From NCBI GenBank assembly GCA_026397715.1, contig JAPLUN010000685.1:77-64076 (forward strand): 64,000 nucleotides of DNA, in the 5' to 3' direction. Shown piece after piece: positions 8,754 through 18,276 of this stretch. A program made the translations under genes and the position numbers. Position 1 is the stretch's first letter. Each line of letters begins with the position of its first letter. This stretch comes from Verrucomicrobiota bacterium (GTDB lineage Bacteria > Verrucomicrobiota > Verrucomicrobiia > Verrucomicrobiales > Verrucomicrobiaceae). The notes below the pieces were generated by a model that made no database searches, had not been told where the DNA came from, and saw nothing but the letters and a program-made list of their open reading frames with translations.

Positions 8754-9482
8754 TCAACCCAGCGGCGTTGCCGGACCTTGCAGCATGCGGTTGTAGTGAA
8801 ACTGCACACGCCCCTGAAACCACCGCCAGGTCTGGCCCGGGCGGCCATGTTCCAGCAGGAAATGCGGGCAGTCTTTGTGCAGCGGACTGACACCGACACG
8901 CGGCCAGTGATAGTGCGGCACCACGTGATCCAGTGGAATGTTATAAGCACGCATCAGATACGCGGCCAGCCGGGCTGTACGGTCAATGGTTTGGCCAAGG
9001 TCATTGCCATGGTGCTCACACATTTCGATGCCGATGCTGTAATTATTGCCGACGCCGTCGAAATCAGCGTGCTCGCCCTGCTCACGGCAGGGCAGGTGCT
9101 GGATCGCGATGTCATCCTGCACGGTGAAGTGCCAGGTGAGAAAGCCGATGCGGTTGCCCCCCTTGCGTTTCGTCGCGCGCAGGGCGCCACGCTTCAGCGC
9201 CAGCGCGTGCTGGTAGGCATTGCCGGTGTAGTTCTGCGTGCTGTGAATGGTGATGTAGCGCGGCTGCATCGGCCGATAGTAGCGGCGGCCCACCGTGCCA
9301 GAGGGGATGATGTCGAGTTTGATGTGCGCCTCGGCGAGCAACTGGTCAGGTGTCATCGCCCCGGCAGGCACCGGCGCAAAGCGCGACTCCCAGCGTGCAA
9401 TGCGGGAGCCGTCATAGGTGGCGCAGGCCGCGACGATGAAGGCAAGCGTCAGTGGTAGGAGGATTGCGACGTTTTTGCGCAT
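8754..9482 (-). CDS. N-acetylmuramoyl-L-alanine amidase (amidase_2 / PGRP-like)
   Basis: ITIHST...WHFTV..., NNYSIGIEMCEH and HYHW...KDCPHFL match amidase_2 zinc-amidase motifs. Leader MRKNVAILLPLTLAFIVAAC looks like a lipoprotein signal. Confidence 0.8.
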   Translation of the reverse strand: MRKNVAILLPLTLAFIVAACATYDGSRIARWESRFAPVPAGAMTPDQLLAEAHIKLDIIPSGTVGRRYYRPMQPRYITIHSTQNYTGNAYQHALALKRGALRATKRKGGNRIGFLTWHFTVQDDIAIQHLPCREQGEHADFDGVGNNYSIGIEMCEHHGNDLGQTIDRTARLAAYLMRAYNIPLDHVVPHYHWPRVGVSPLHKDCPHFLLEHGRPGQTWRWFQGRVQFHYNRMLQGPATPLG

Positions 9483-9686
9483 GAGAGTGTTTAAAGGCCA
9501 ATGGTCAAAATTCAATGCGCTTGTTCAAGCAAGTTCATGCAGAACGTACCTGCCGCGCTTTCCGGTCTCATAAACTTCTCCGGCCGATCACGAATAGGTG
9601 AAAGAAACGGCACCCTTGCTGCGGCATGATTCCTTTGATTTCGGGATTGTCATCCTCCTCCACGTCATTCAACATCCGCGCTTCTC

Positions 9687-11072
9687 ATGAGCACCCCGTC
9701 CTTTCCCGATTCCAATGCACCTTGGTACAAACAGCTGACTGGCTACCACTGGTTTGTGCTGATCGTCGCGTCTGCCGCATGGTTCTTTGACTGCCTGGAC
9801 CAGCGCCTGTTTTCACTCGCCCGTGTGCCAGCCTTGGTGGAACTGATGAAGCTGCCGCCGACGAATCCTGATTTGCAGGCCTTCGGCAAGGTCGTCACCG
9901 CCTGTTTCCTCATCGGCTGGGGGGTCGGCGGACTGACCTTCGGCGCCTTGGGAGATAAATTTGGTCGCGCCAAAATGCTGACGCTGACAATCCTGATCTA
10001 CTCCGCCTTTACCGGCCTGAGCTATTTCAGCCGCACCCAGCTCGACTTCACCATCTTCCGCTTCCTCACCGGCGTGGGTGTTGGCGGTGTGTTTGGCCTT
10101 GCCGTGGCATTGATCGCTGAAACCGTTCCCAATGGAGCACGCACCCAGTGCCTTGGACTGCTGCAGATTCTCTCCACCATCGGGAATATCACCGCAGGCT
10201 TTGCTAAGATCGGCATTGATGCCTTGGAGGCGAACCACACCATCACGGCCGGATCGGGCTGGCGCTGGATGTTCCTCATCGGCGCGGCCCCTGCGCTAAT
10301 GATCATTTTCACCCGCGGTTACCTCAAGGAGCCCGCCTCATGGCAGCACCTCAAGGATACCAACCAGCTGCCGAAAGGCAGCATCTTCGCACCATATGCC
10401 AGCCTGCTGGCCAGCGCCCGTTGGCGCAAAAACTTGTTCGTGGGCGCTGTCATCGCCAGCACGGGCGTGATCGGCCTTTGGGCCATCGGCGAGTATGCCG
10501 TCGATTTGCAGAAGGTGGTGTTCAAACAGTACTTTGAAAAGGCGGGCGTCGCCCCTGACAAGGTGGCCGCCGAAGTGAACAATGCCATCTCCGTGGCCTA
10601 TCTCTGGAACATGATGGGAGCCGCCGTGGGCATGACCTTGTTCACCAACGTGGCCAAGCTGGGCCGTCGCCTGGCCTTCTTCCTGGGCTTCAGCGCCGCA
10701 CTCGTTGCCACATTCCTCGTTTACTGGAAAATGAGCGACCCGATCTCCGCGCGCTGGATGATGTTCCTCATGGGCACCGCACAGCTGAGTGTCTTCGCCG
10801 GCTTCGCCATTTATCTGCCTGAGCTGTTCCCGAACAAGCTGCGCAGCACAGGCACCAGCTTTTGCTACAACTTGGGCCGTTTCGCCGCCGCCGGTGGCAG
10901 CTTCTTCTCCGCCACGCTCACTTCCGGCATCTATGGCAAGTTCGCAGCTCAGGATCCGGCTCTGCCGCTGCGCTACGCGGCGATGACCATGTGCGCCATC
11001 TTCCTCATGGGTATCATCATTCTGCCGTTCGCCCCTGAAACCAAAGGTAAGCCGCTGCCAGAAGACGATTGA
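9687..11072 (+). CDS. MFS transporter
   Basis: 461-aa polytopic ORF with about 12 hydrophobic segments and an MFS-type GALGDKFGRAKM loop between TM2 and TM3. Confidence 0.85.
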   Translation: MSTPSFPDSNAPWYKQLTGYHWFVLIVASAAWFFDCLDQRLFSLARVPALVELMKLPPTNPDLQAFGKVVTACFLIGWGVGGLTFGALGDKFGRAKMLTLTILIYSAFTGLSYFSRTQLDFTIFRFLTGVGVGGVFGLAVALIAETVPNGARTQCLGLLQILSTIGNITAGFAKIGIDALEANHTITAGSGWRWMFLIGAAPALMIIFTRGYLKEPASWQHLKDTNQLPKGSIFAPYASLLASARWRKNLFVGAVIASTGVIGLWAIGEYAVDLQKVVFKQYFEKAGVAPDKVAAEVNNAISVAYLWNMMGAAVGMTLFTNVAKLGRRLAFFLGFSAALVATFLVYWKMSDPISARWMMFLMGTAQLSVFAGFAIYLPELFPNKLRSTGTSFCYNLGRFAAAGGSFFSATLTSGIYGKFAAQDPALPLRYAAMTMCAIFLMGIIILPFAPETKGKPLPEDD

Positions 11073-11073
11073 A

Positions 11074-11358
11074 ATGACCGCCGCTGAACTCAAGACCACC
11101 ACGCAGGCTCAGGCTGAGGCTGTTTCCCCTGAAGCGCTCGCCCTCTGGCATGCAAAGCAGGGAAACTGGGACGCCGCACACAACATCGCTCAGGACATCC
11201 ACACGAAGATGGGTTCCTGGATTCATGCGCTGCTCCATGTGATCGAAGGCGACCAGTGGAACGCGGACTACTGGTTCTCGAAAGCCGGCAGGCCTTCGCA
11301 CAGCCCCAAGGAGATCGACAAACTTTGGGACGAAATTGCTGCGGTTGTGCTATCTTGA
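11074..11358 (+). CDS. Small hypothetical protein (94 aa)
   Basis: Starts 2 nt after the MFS stop, and its stop overlaps the probable argA start. Codon usage resembles the neighbours. No family recognised. Confidence 0.55.
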   Translation: MTAAELKTTTQAQAEAVSPEALALWHAKQGNWDAAHNIAQDIHTKMGSWIHALLHVIEGDQWNADYWFSKAGRPSHSPKEIDKLWDEIAAVVLS

Positions 11359-12626
11359 TCACTCCAACAGTGAACAACGACCCCGCCAAACCCCAGCAGC
11401 GCTTCGAAGACTTGCGCGGCATCCTGCGCTACGTGCCGCAATTCCGGCAGCGCGTTTTTGTGATTGCCTTTGATGGCGCGCTGATGATGCAGCCGGGCTT
11501 TGCCAGCCTGCTCCAGGACGTGGCGGTGCTGCAATCTCTGAACATCGAGGTCGTGCTCGTCTTTGGCGCACGTGCGCAGGTGCGCATGCTGGCCGAGAAG
11601 CGTGGCATCTCTCTCTACAATGACGACGGCATGGGCCGGACCGACGCCGCAGGCATCGCGCTGGAGATGCCGGTGGCTGTTTCCAATGCGCTCGCAGTTC
11701 ATCCGGCAGGGGTGATCGACGGTATTGATCTCGAATTCACCGGCCGCATCGAGCGCGTCGATGAAGAATCACTTCGGGCACTGCTGAAGGCTGACATCAT
11801 CCCCATTCTGCCACCGCTTGGTTATGACGGCAAAGGCGCCACGCTGAGGTTGAACTCGGATGCGGTGGCCGTGGAGGTCGCCATCGCCCTGCAGGCGGCG
11901 AAAGTCATCTTCGTGGCCGAATCCGGCATCACCGCCGCCGATGGCACACGTCTGGAGCAGCTTTCCGTCGCGGAAGCGAAGGAGATGCACAAGCGCAAGG
12001 ATTCCAAGCATGACGTGAGCATGCTCTCGAAGCTGCGCTATGCAGCACTGGCCTGCCAGGAAGGTGTTCCGCGGGTTCATATCGTGGATGGCACGCAGGA
12101 TGAAGCGCTGCTGGCCGAACTCTTCTCCAACGAAGGCGTCGGCACGATGATCCATGCCGATGACTACCAGCAGATCCGCAAGGCCCGCGCCTCCGACGTC
12201 CCTGCCCTGCTCTCCATGATGCAGCAAAGCGTGGACGATGCCGCGCTGGTGCCCCGCACACGCGACCAGATTCAATCCAAGATCAAAGACTTCTTCGTGC
12301 TCGAACTCGATGGCAACCCCATTGGCTCTGTGGCCGTGCATGCCTATGAGGAGGACGGCAGAAAAATCGCCGAACTGGCCTGTCTCTTTGTGCGTCGCTC
12401 GCACAAAAACAAGAACCATGGACGCAAGCTCGTGGCTTTTGCCGAAGAGCAGGCACGGCAGCGGAACTGCGAGATCATCGTGGCGCTCAGCACGCAGGCA
12501 TTCCGCTTCTTCGAGGAGAAAATGGGCTACACCGTCACGGACCCTGATGCCCTGCCGCTCAGCCGTCGCGAAAAGTACGACAAGAGCGGACGAAACTCAA
12601 AGGTGCTGGTCAAGGCGCTGAAATAG
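11355..12626 (+). CDS. argA: Amino-acid N-acetyltransferase (ArgA-type N-acetylglutamate synthase: amino-acid-kinase domain + GNAT)
   Basis: Layout collinear with ArgA: FRQRVFVIAFDG...VVLVFGARAQV (kinase-like), ...GVPRVHIVDGTQDEALLAELFSNEGVGTMI, then a GNAT half (IAELACLFVRRSHKNKNHGRKL) and a C-terminal ...RNSKVLVKAL. The start is uncertain: TTG at 11355 or GTG at 11370. Confidence 0.75.
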   Translation: MITPTVNNDPAKPQQRFEDLRGILRYVPQFRQRVFVIAFDGALMMQPGFASLLQDVAVLQSLNIEVVLVFGARAQVRMLAEKRGISLYNDDGMGRTDAAGIALEMPVAVSNALAVHPAGVIDGIDLEFTGRIERVDEESLRALLKADIIPILPPLGYDGKGATLRLNSDAVAVEVAIALQAAKVIFVAESGITAADGTRLEQLSVAEAKEMHKRKDSKHDVSMLSKLRYAALACQEGVPRVHIVDGTQDEALLAELFSNEGVGTMIHADDYQQIRKARASDVPALLSMMQQSVDDAALVPRTRDQIQSKIKDFFVLELDGNPIGSVAVHAYEEDGRKIAELACLFVRRSHKNKNHGRKLVAFAEEQARQRNCEIIVALSTQAFRFFEEKMGYTVTDPDALPLSRREKYDKSGRNSKVLVKALK

Positions 12627-13215
12627 AACTGCCGTCCGGCTTGAGACGTGGCACCTTGGAATAAGCCAGCGCCTGCTCGACAATCGCGATAGCCTTGTCT
12701 TGGAGTTTTTCGCCGATGTAGCGCTGCTGAAAAGCCACGCGGCACTTGCGACCATCCTTGGCGAAGGCCACCCAGAAATCCGTCGATTTGATGCGCTCGG
12801 CAGCGCTCGTCGCATCGGACCATTCATATCGAATGGACTGGCTGCGCGTCACCTCATGCAGCCCTTGGGCGCTGAGAGTCACGGAATAGCCCATGCTCTG
12901 CCATCCCAGCCAAGTCGCCCCCCCACCGAGTAAAAACAGCGCCACGCCCAAGACGATGGACGGCCCGATGATCTTGAGGCGGCCAAAAAAACCGCCGTTG
13001 CCGTATTCCAGCGCAAAGAATTTCACCCGCCCATACATGACCTTCACCAGCACTAAAGCGGCGATGACCAGCAGAGGCCCGCTGCCGAGCAGGAGGTAGG
13101 TGTACGCGTCCCCAATCATGAGCGTCAAACCATTGCCCGCATCCGTCCCCTTGGTCAGGTAGGGGGAAAAGTCCGTTGATTTGATCAAGTCGAAGGAAAG
13201 GGACGGTAGTTTCAT
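12610..13215 (-). CDS. Hypothetical membrane protein
   Basis: 201-aa ORF with two clear hydrophobic helices. Converges on and overlaps the argA 3' end by 17 nt. Confidence 0.55.
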   Translation of the reverse strand: MKLPSLSFDLIKSTDFSPYLTKGTDAGNGLTLMIGDAYTYLLLGSGPLLVIAALVLVKVMYGRVKFFALEYGNGGFFGRLKIIGPSIVLGVALFLLGGGATWLGWQSMGYSVTLSAQGLHEVTRSQSIRYEWSDATSAAERIKSTDFWVAFAKDGRKCRVAFQQRYIGEKLQDKAIAIVEQALAYSKVPRLKPDGSSISAP

Positions 13216-13231
13216 GAGGGACCTTTTGGGT

Positions 13232-13261
13232 ATTAAACCAAGCAGCCGCCTCGCACGTCAA
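13232..13261 (-). promoter_or_regulatory. Candidate sigma70-like promoter for the 12610-13215 gene
   Basis: On the minus strand: TTGACG, an 18-nt spacer, then TTTAAT, ending about 16 nt upstream of the ATG at 13215. Confidence 0.25.
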
Positions 13262-13263
13262 GC

Positions 13264-14628
13264 CTAGCTTCCGTAACTTGTTCGTTGCCGGATGAAGTCC
13301 TGCACCGTCGCCACATCCGCCGCCATCGGCCAGGTTTGCAGCGGTTTCGACTTCAGTGCTTCGAGAGTCGGATGCGTGGGCTCGTTGCCAGTGGCCTGCT
13401 GCACGACCTCGGGAAACTTCGCCGGACTCGCGGTGGCCAGGACTACACTGACGCGGTCCTGCGCCATGTCGGTAAAGGCGCAGGCGGTGTGTGGATCCAG
13501 GACATACTGCCAGTCCTTCCACATCTGCGCGATGACGCGGACGATCTGATCGTCGTCCATGCGTGTGGAGCGCAAGGAGGTCTTGGGCAGTTCGATCTTG
13601 AATGGAGCGCCCGACTTGATCTGCGCCATCACCTCACGCACGCGCTCGGAGCTTTGACCCAGGATGTAATAGAGGAAGCGCTCAAAGTTGGACGCGGCCT
13701 GGATGTCCATGCTCGGCGCATGGCTGGGGTGCACGTCGCTCTGGCTGTACTCACCACTGGTGAAAAAACGGTGGAGGATGTCGTTTTGATTCGTCGCCAC
13801 GCGGAAGCCGCCTGCAGGCATGCCCATTTGCTGCGCCATCCATCCGGCCATCACGTTGCCAAAATTTCCGGTGGGCACAACGTACTCTGCAGAGGCACGA
13901 GCACTCTCCGGCAGCTTCAAAGAAGCCCAGATGTAATAAACACACTGCGCCAGCACACGGGCAATGTTGATCGAGTTCACAGCAGAGAGGTTCACCGAGT
14001 TCGCGAAAGCGGTGTCGCCAAACGTCTCCTTCACCACGCGCTGCGCGTCGTCAAACGTGCCGGGCACGGGAATGGCGAAGACGTTGTCCGCCCCAGTGCA
14101 GGCCATCTGACGCTCTTGCAATGGCGCGACGCGGCCATTTGGATAGAGAATAAAAATCGTGATGCCATCGCGCCCCAGGCAGCCGTGGATTGCCGCCGAG
14201 CCTGTGTCCCCCGAAGTCGCTCCGAGCACGGACAGACGTTTACCCGTTTTTTCGACCTGGCGTTTGTAGAGCAGTCCCAGGAGTTGCAGAGCGAAGTCCT
14301 TGAAGGCCAGTGTCGGACCGTGAAACAGCTCCAGCACGTAAGTCTTGTCCGTGATCTTCTTCAGCGGAGCCACGTCCGGTGAATCAAAGCGCCGATACGC
14401 CTCCGCCGTGAGCTGATGCCACTCGGCATTGCTGATCTCCGGCGCGAACAACGTGAAAAACTCCGCCGCAAGCTGAGGATAGGTCAGCTTCGACCACGCC
14501 GGCAGCTTGTCAGCGATGTTCGGCAGCTTCTCTGGCAGAAACAGTCCGCCATCCGGTGCCAGCCCGGCTTCAACGGCTTCAGAAAAAGTATGCGGCTTCG
14601 TCTGGCCGCGTGTGGAAAGGTAATGCAT
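13264..14628 (-). CDS. thrC: Threonine synthase
   Basis: MHYLSTRG... N-terminus, a PLP-lysine context (PTLAFKDFALQ) and the overall long-form ThrC layout. Confidence 0.9.
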   Translation of the reverse strand: MHYLSTRGQTKPHTFSEAVEAGLAPDGGLFLPEKLPNIADKLPAWSKLTYPQLAAEFFTLFAPEISNAEWHQLTAEAYRRFDSPDVAPLKKITDKTYVLELFHGPTLAFKDFALQLLGLLYKRQVEKTGKRLSVLGATSGDTGSAAIHGCLGRDGITIFILYPNGRVAPLQERQMACTGADNVFAIPVPGTFDDAQRVVKETFGDTAFANSVNLSAVNSINIARVLAQCVYYIWASLKLPESARASAEYVVPTGNFGNVMAGWMAQQMGMPAGGFRVATNQNDILHRFFTSGEYSQSDVHPSHAPSMDIQAASNFERFLYYILGQSSERVREVMAQIKSGAPFKIELPKTSLRSTRMDDDQIVRVIAQMWKDWQYVLDPHTACAFTDMAQDRVSVVLATASPAKFPEVVQQATGNEPTHPTLEALKSKPLQTWPMAADVATVQDFIRQRTSYGS

Positions 14629-14736
14629 GCGAATGATTGAGGGGAGTATTCATGCGTGGAAATCGGGGAGACTCAACGAGTCTCTGCGGACATCATGCGA
14701 GGTCTCCCCCCCTTAGGCTCGTCTCAGGGCAAGGAC

Positions 14737-15687
14737 TCACTTCTTCCGTGCAATGAACACATCCACCTGCTGCCCCACGTAGAGGGGCTGGTCCTTGGGT
14801 TTGTCGAGTTTGTAGATGACCTGCAGGACACGGGTGTCCACGCGTTCAGTGCTGGCGCCGGTGAGGGAGACCTTGGGGATGACGTAGGGCTCGATGCGGA
14901 CGAACTGTACTTTGAACTTTTTCGAAGAGTCGCTCTTCAGCGAGAAGATAGCGTCGAGGTCAGAAGCCACTTCCATGGCGTTTTGTTCATCCACATCCGC
15001 ACGCACATGCAGCGTGGAGATGTCTCCCAGCACAAGCGCTGGCTCCTTGTTCGCCGGGGAGGCGTATTCGCCGGCACGAATATTGACCTGGAGGATGGTG
15101 CCGGCCTTCGGTGCTTTGACGGTGAGTCGGTCGATGAGCAGTTCGGTCTGCTGCACGTCGGCCTTGGCGGAGGAGAGCTGCGCTTCAGCGGCCTGCATCT
15201 GCGCCTTGGCCACGAGTACGTCGTTGGTGCGATTGCGCAGGTCGTCCTGGCTGATGGCACGCTGATCAGTGATGGACGTCATGCGGTCGAGCATGTCCTG
15301 CACTTTCGCCAACTGGGCGCGGTTGATGGCAATGTTCGCCTGCGCGATGGAGATGGCAGCCTGCTGCTTGAGCAGCGAGGCGCGCAGTTCGCGATCATCC
15401 AGGATGAGCAGGGCATCGCCCTCCTTCACGACTTGATTGACCGTGACTTTGACCGCCTCAACCAGACCCGGCGCCGGCACGCCGATGTCGACGTTTTCGT
15501 CCTTGGCTTCGAGGATGCCGGTGGCCGCGATGTCATCGGGCGCGTTCTTCTGGGGCGGCAGGACAGGCGGTGGCGGTATCTTGGTCTCCTGGCTGCGGAT
15601 GGTCTGAAGCACAAACCCCATGCCGATCACGCCCGCAACGGCAAGCAAGTAGGTGGAGTAGCGGATGGTGGTGGAGACGAGATTCAT
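14737..15687 (-). CDS. HlyD-family periplasmic adaptor (membrane fusion protein)
   Basis: N-terminal TM anchor, a lipoyl/hairpin coiled-coil region (AQANIAINRAQLAKVQ..., AKAQMQAAEAQLSSAKADVQ) and a beta-barrel C-terminus. Confidence 0.85.
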   Translation of the reverse strand: MNLVSTTIRYSTYLLAVAGVIGMGFVLQTIRSQETKIPPPPVLPPQKNAPDDIAATGILEAKDENVDIGVPAPGLVEAVKVTVNQVVKEGDALLILDDRELRASLLKQQAAISIAQANIAINRAQLAKVQDMLDRMTSITDQRAISQDDLRNRTNDVLVAKAQMQAAEAQLSSAKADVQQTELLIDRLTVKAPKAGTILQVNIRAGEYASPANKEPALVLGDISTLHVRADVDEQNAMEVASDLDAIFSLKSDSSKKFKVQFVRIEPYVIPKVSLTGASTERVDTRVLQVIYKLDKPKDQPLYVGQQVDVFIARKK

Positions 15688-15782
15688 GGGCGGAAGTTAA
15701 ATGAGGAATCGGAAAGGCGAATGACGAATGCCAGACGAAATTACGCTCGACGAGGGGGGCAAGAAAGTCTCAAATCCGTGCA

Positions 15783-16331
15783 ATGAAAAATGAACCGGGC
15801 ATTGCAAGGCAGGTCATCCGCCAGGGCGGTGAGGTCGTGGTCATTGTTCTGGTGGCCGCGGGGTTGCAGGCACTGTGGGGGGCGCACTGGTTGAGTGCTC
15901 GCACGTTCTGCCTGGTGGTGCTGGCGGCTGCATTCGCCAAGACGGTCTTCTTTTTCGTGGAGAACCTCCACCACATCCTGATTGCCACCCGGGACAACAT
16001 GCCCTACCACCGCGTTCTCGGCCTCATGGGAGTGAACATGGCGCAAATCACGCTGGCCTTTGCGCTCGACTACTGGTGCTTGGAAACGGCGGAACCGGCG
16101 AGTTTCAGCTCGATCGACGCCGCGTGGAACCAGAGTGAGCAGCTCTTTGAGTTCTTCTTTTTCAGCGTGTTGAATTTCTCCTTCTTCGGCTTTGGCGATG
16201 TCACGCCACTGACCGTTCCGGCCAAGCTGGTCACGATGATGGAGGTGCTGCTGGCCTTTTTCACTGTGATCTTCCTGCTTTCGGACTTTGTCAGCCTCAA
16301 GGACTCGCTTCGGAAGCCACGCGAAGACTGA
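15783..16331 (+). CDS. Small ion-channel family protein (K+-channel-like pore, non-canonical filter)
   Basis: 182 aa with four hydrophobic segments. Pore-helix/filter-like FFFSVLNFSFFGFGDVTP compares with the canonical TVGYGD. No cytoplasmic gating domain. Confidence 0.65.
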   Translation: MKNEPGIARQVIRQGGEVVVIVLVAAGLQALWGAHWLSARTFCLVVLAAAFAKTVFFFVENLHHILIATRDNMPYHRVLGLMGVNMAQITLAFALDYWCLETAEPASFSSIDAAWNQSEQLFEFFFFSVLNFSFFGFGDVTPLTVPAKLVTMMEVLLAFFTVIFLLSDFVSLKDSLRKPRED

Positions 16332-16373
16332 TCCGCATCTTGCACGGGCGGGCGGGCGCTCTACGCTGACGGC

Positions 16374-16586
16374 ATGGACAGACCCGCCGCCATCGCTCAA
16401 ATCCGCGAAGCCTGCAAAAACATCGCGCTGCAATTCATGAAGATTCACCCCGCCGTGCCCGGGCTGGCGGATGAGGAGACGCAGAAAGAGTGCTTCCGCA
16501 GCGTACATGAAATGACCGTGCTGCTGGAGACCATCAAAAAGAAGATCGGCCGCCTGGAGCGCTCCGATGACAGCACCCTTCTCTGA
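16374..16586 (+). CDS. Small hypothetical protein (70 aa)
   Basis: Native-like GC3-rich codon usage and a helical-looking sequence. No family recognised. Confidence 0.45.
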   Translation: MDRPAAIAQIREACKNIALQFMKIHPAVPGLADEETQKECFRSVHEMTVLLETIKKKIGRLERSDDSTLL

Positions 16587-16632
16587 CATTTGGCTTACTT
16601 GCCCCGACCCGCCTCTCATACGATAATTCACC

Positions 16633-18261
16633 ATGAAATTCGCCATTCTCAGTCTCCTCCTGCTGGCAACCAGCCTGCAGGCCGAGGTCAAACTGCCAGC
16701 CATTTTCTCCGACGGCATGGTTCTGCAGCAGTCACAGCTCGTTCGCATCTGGGGCACAGCTGAAGTCGGCGAAGACGTGAAGGTCACCTTTGGTGATCAG
16801 TCGCACAGTTCGCTCACGGATCAGACCGGCAAATGGTCGCTCACGCTGAACCCCATGAACGCCAATGCCCAGCCCGCCGATCTTGTCGTGGCAGGGAAAA
16901 ACACGATCACGCTGAAAAACGTCCTCGTTGGCGAAGTGTGGGTCTGCTCAGGCCAGTCGAACATGCAGTGGACCGTTCAGCAGGCCGGCAAGGCCCAGGA
17001 GGAAATCGCCGCCGCCAATCATCCACAGATTCGCATGTTCAATGTCGAACGCAGCCCGAGCATGACGCCACAGTCCGACTGCAAAGGCGCGTGGAAAGAG
17101 GCCACCAGCACCAATGTGGGTAATTTCTCCGCCGTGGGTTATTTCTTTGGCAGACACCTGCATCAGGTGCTGAAAGTGCCGGTCGGCTTGATCAACACCT
17201 CCTGGGGCGGCACACGCGTCGAAGCCTGGACAAGCCGCGAGGCGCTCGAAGAACGCCCCTGCGCCGCCGAAATGCTCACCGACTGGAAAGATGCCGTCGC
17301 CAAATGGGATGGCCCCAAGGAACTGGCCGCTTTTGACAAAGTTAAAGCCGACTGGCAGGCGCAGGTGCAGAAGATCGACACCGAAAACGCCAAGCTGCTC
17401 GCCAATCAAAAGAAGCCCAAGCCCCAGGCACCGCGCCCGCCGGAAGATCCCACCAAGACACCGCACCACCCTGCTGTACTCTTCAACGGCATGGTGGCCC
17501 CGTTGATTCCCTACGCCATCAAAGGCGTCATCTGGTATCAGGGCGAGTCGAACCAGCGCCGCGCCTTCCAGTATCAGGAACTCCTGCCCACCATGATCAA
17601 TGACTGGCGCAAGCAGTGGGTGGACGCGTTCTCATTTTACATCGTTCAGCTGGCAAACTTCGGCAACGGCAAGCCAGTGACCACGGAACCTGGCGTCCCC
17701 GACACCTGGGCCGAACTGCAGGAAGCACAAACGCTCACAGCGCAGACTCTCGACAAATGCGGCATCGCCATCATCAACGACATCGGCGAGCAAAACGACA
17801 TTCATCCCAAGAACAAACAGGAGGTCGGCCGCCGTCTCGCACTCTGGGCCCTGGCTCAGGACTACGGCAAGTCCGGTGCCGAATACTGCGGCCCGCTTTA
17901 CCTTTCCTCCGTCGTTCAGGCAGACAAGATTCGCATTCAGTTCACCCACACCGGCTCGGGTCTGAAAACCCGTGATGGCGGTGAACCGAAAAGTTTCCAG
18001 ATCGCCGGAGCTGATCAGAAGTGGGTATGGGCCAAAGCCAAGATCGAAGGCAGCGAAGTCGTTGTCTGGAGCGAAGCCGTGCCGCAGCCGATCGGTGTGC
18101 GCTATGCCTGGGCCAGCTGGCCGGAAGGTGCCAATCTCATGAATGCCGAGGGCCTGCCTGCCTCCTGCTTCCGCACCGATGACTTCCTGCCGTCCACACT
18201 CGGTGTCGTGTCTCCCTTCAAAGAGGCGGCACCGGCAAAGCCAGCGCCAGCCAAACCATGA
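16633..18261 (+). CDS. Sialate O-acetylesterase (SASA/DUF303 family), secreted
   Basis: Signal peptide MKFAILSLLLLATSLQA. GEVWVCSGQSNM catalytic-serine motif. Ala/Pro/Lys tail AAPAKPAPAKP. Confidence 0.85.
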   Translation: MKFAILSLLLLATSLQAEVKLPAIFSDGMVLQQSQLVRIWGTAEVGEDVKVTFGDQSHSSLTDQTGKWSLTLNPMNANAQPADLVVAGKNTITLKNVLVGEVWVCSGQSNMQWTVQQAGKAQEEIAAANHPQIRMFNVERSPSMTPQSDCKGAWKEATSTNVGNFSAVGYFFGRHLHQVLKVPVGLINTSWGGTRVEAWTSREALEERPCAAEMLTDWKDAVAKWDGPKELAAFDKVKADWQAQVQKIDTENAKLLANQKKPKPQAPRPPEDPTKTPHHPAVLFNGMVAPLIPYAIKGVIWYQGESNQRRAFQYQELLPTMINDWRKQWVDAFSFYIVQLANFGNGKPVTTEPGVPDTWAELQEAQTLTAQTLDKCGIAIINDIGEQNDIHPKNKQEVGRRLALWALAQDYGKSGAEYCGPLYLSSVVQADKIRIQFTHTGSGLKTRDGGEPKSFQIAGADQKWVWAKAKIEGSEVVVWSEAVPQPIGVRYAWASWPEGANLMNAEGLPASCFRTDDFLPSTLGVVSPFKEAAPAKPAPAKP

Positions 18262-18276
18262 TCGTTCGAGCCTAGC

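Noticed and set aside
14668-14684. A 7-bp perfect hairpin (GAGACTC aac GAGTCTC) between the HlyD stop and the thrC start, considered as an intrinsic terminator
   Set aside because: There is no U-tract on either strand. It may be a minor structural element, but the support is too weak to annotate it.
15741-16787. A 348-aa minus-strand ORF spanning the channel gene, the 70-aa ORF and the esterase start
   Set aside because: It crosses three plus-strand genes and two intergenic regions. It has no motifs and an Arg-rich composition.
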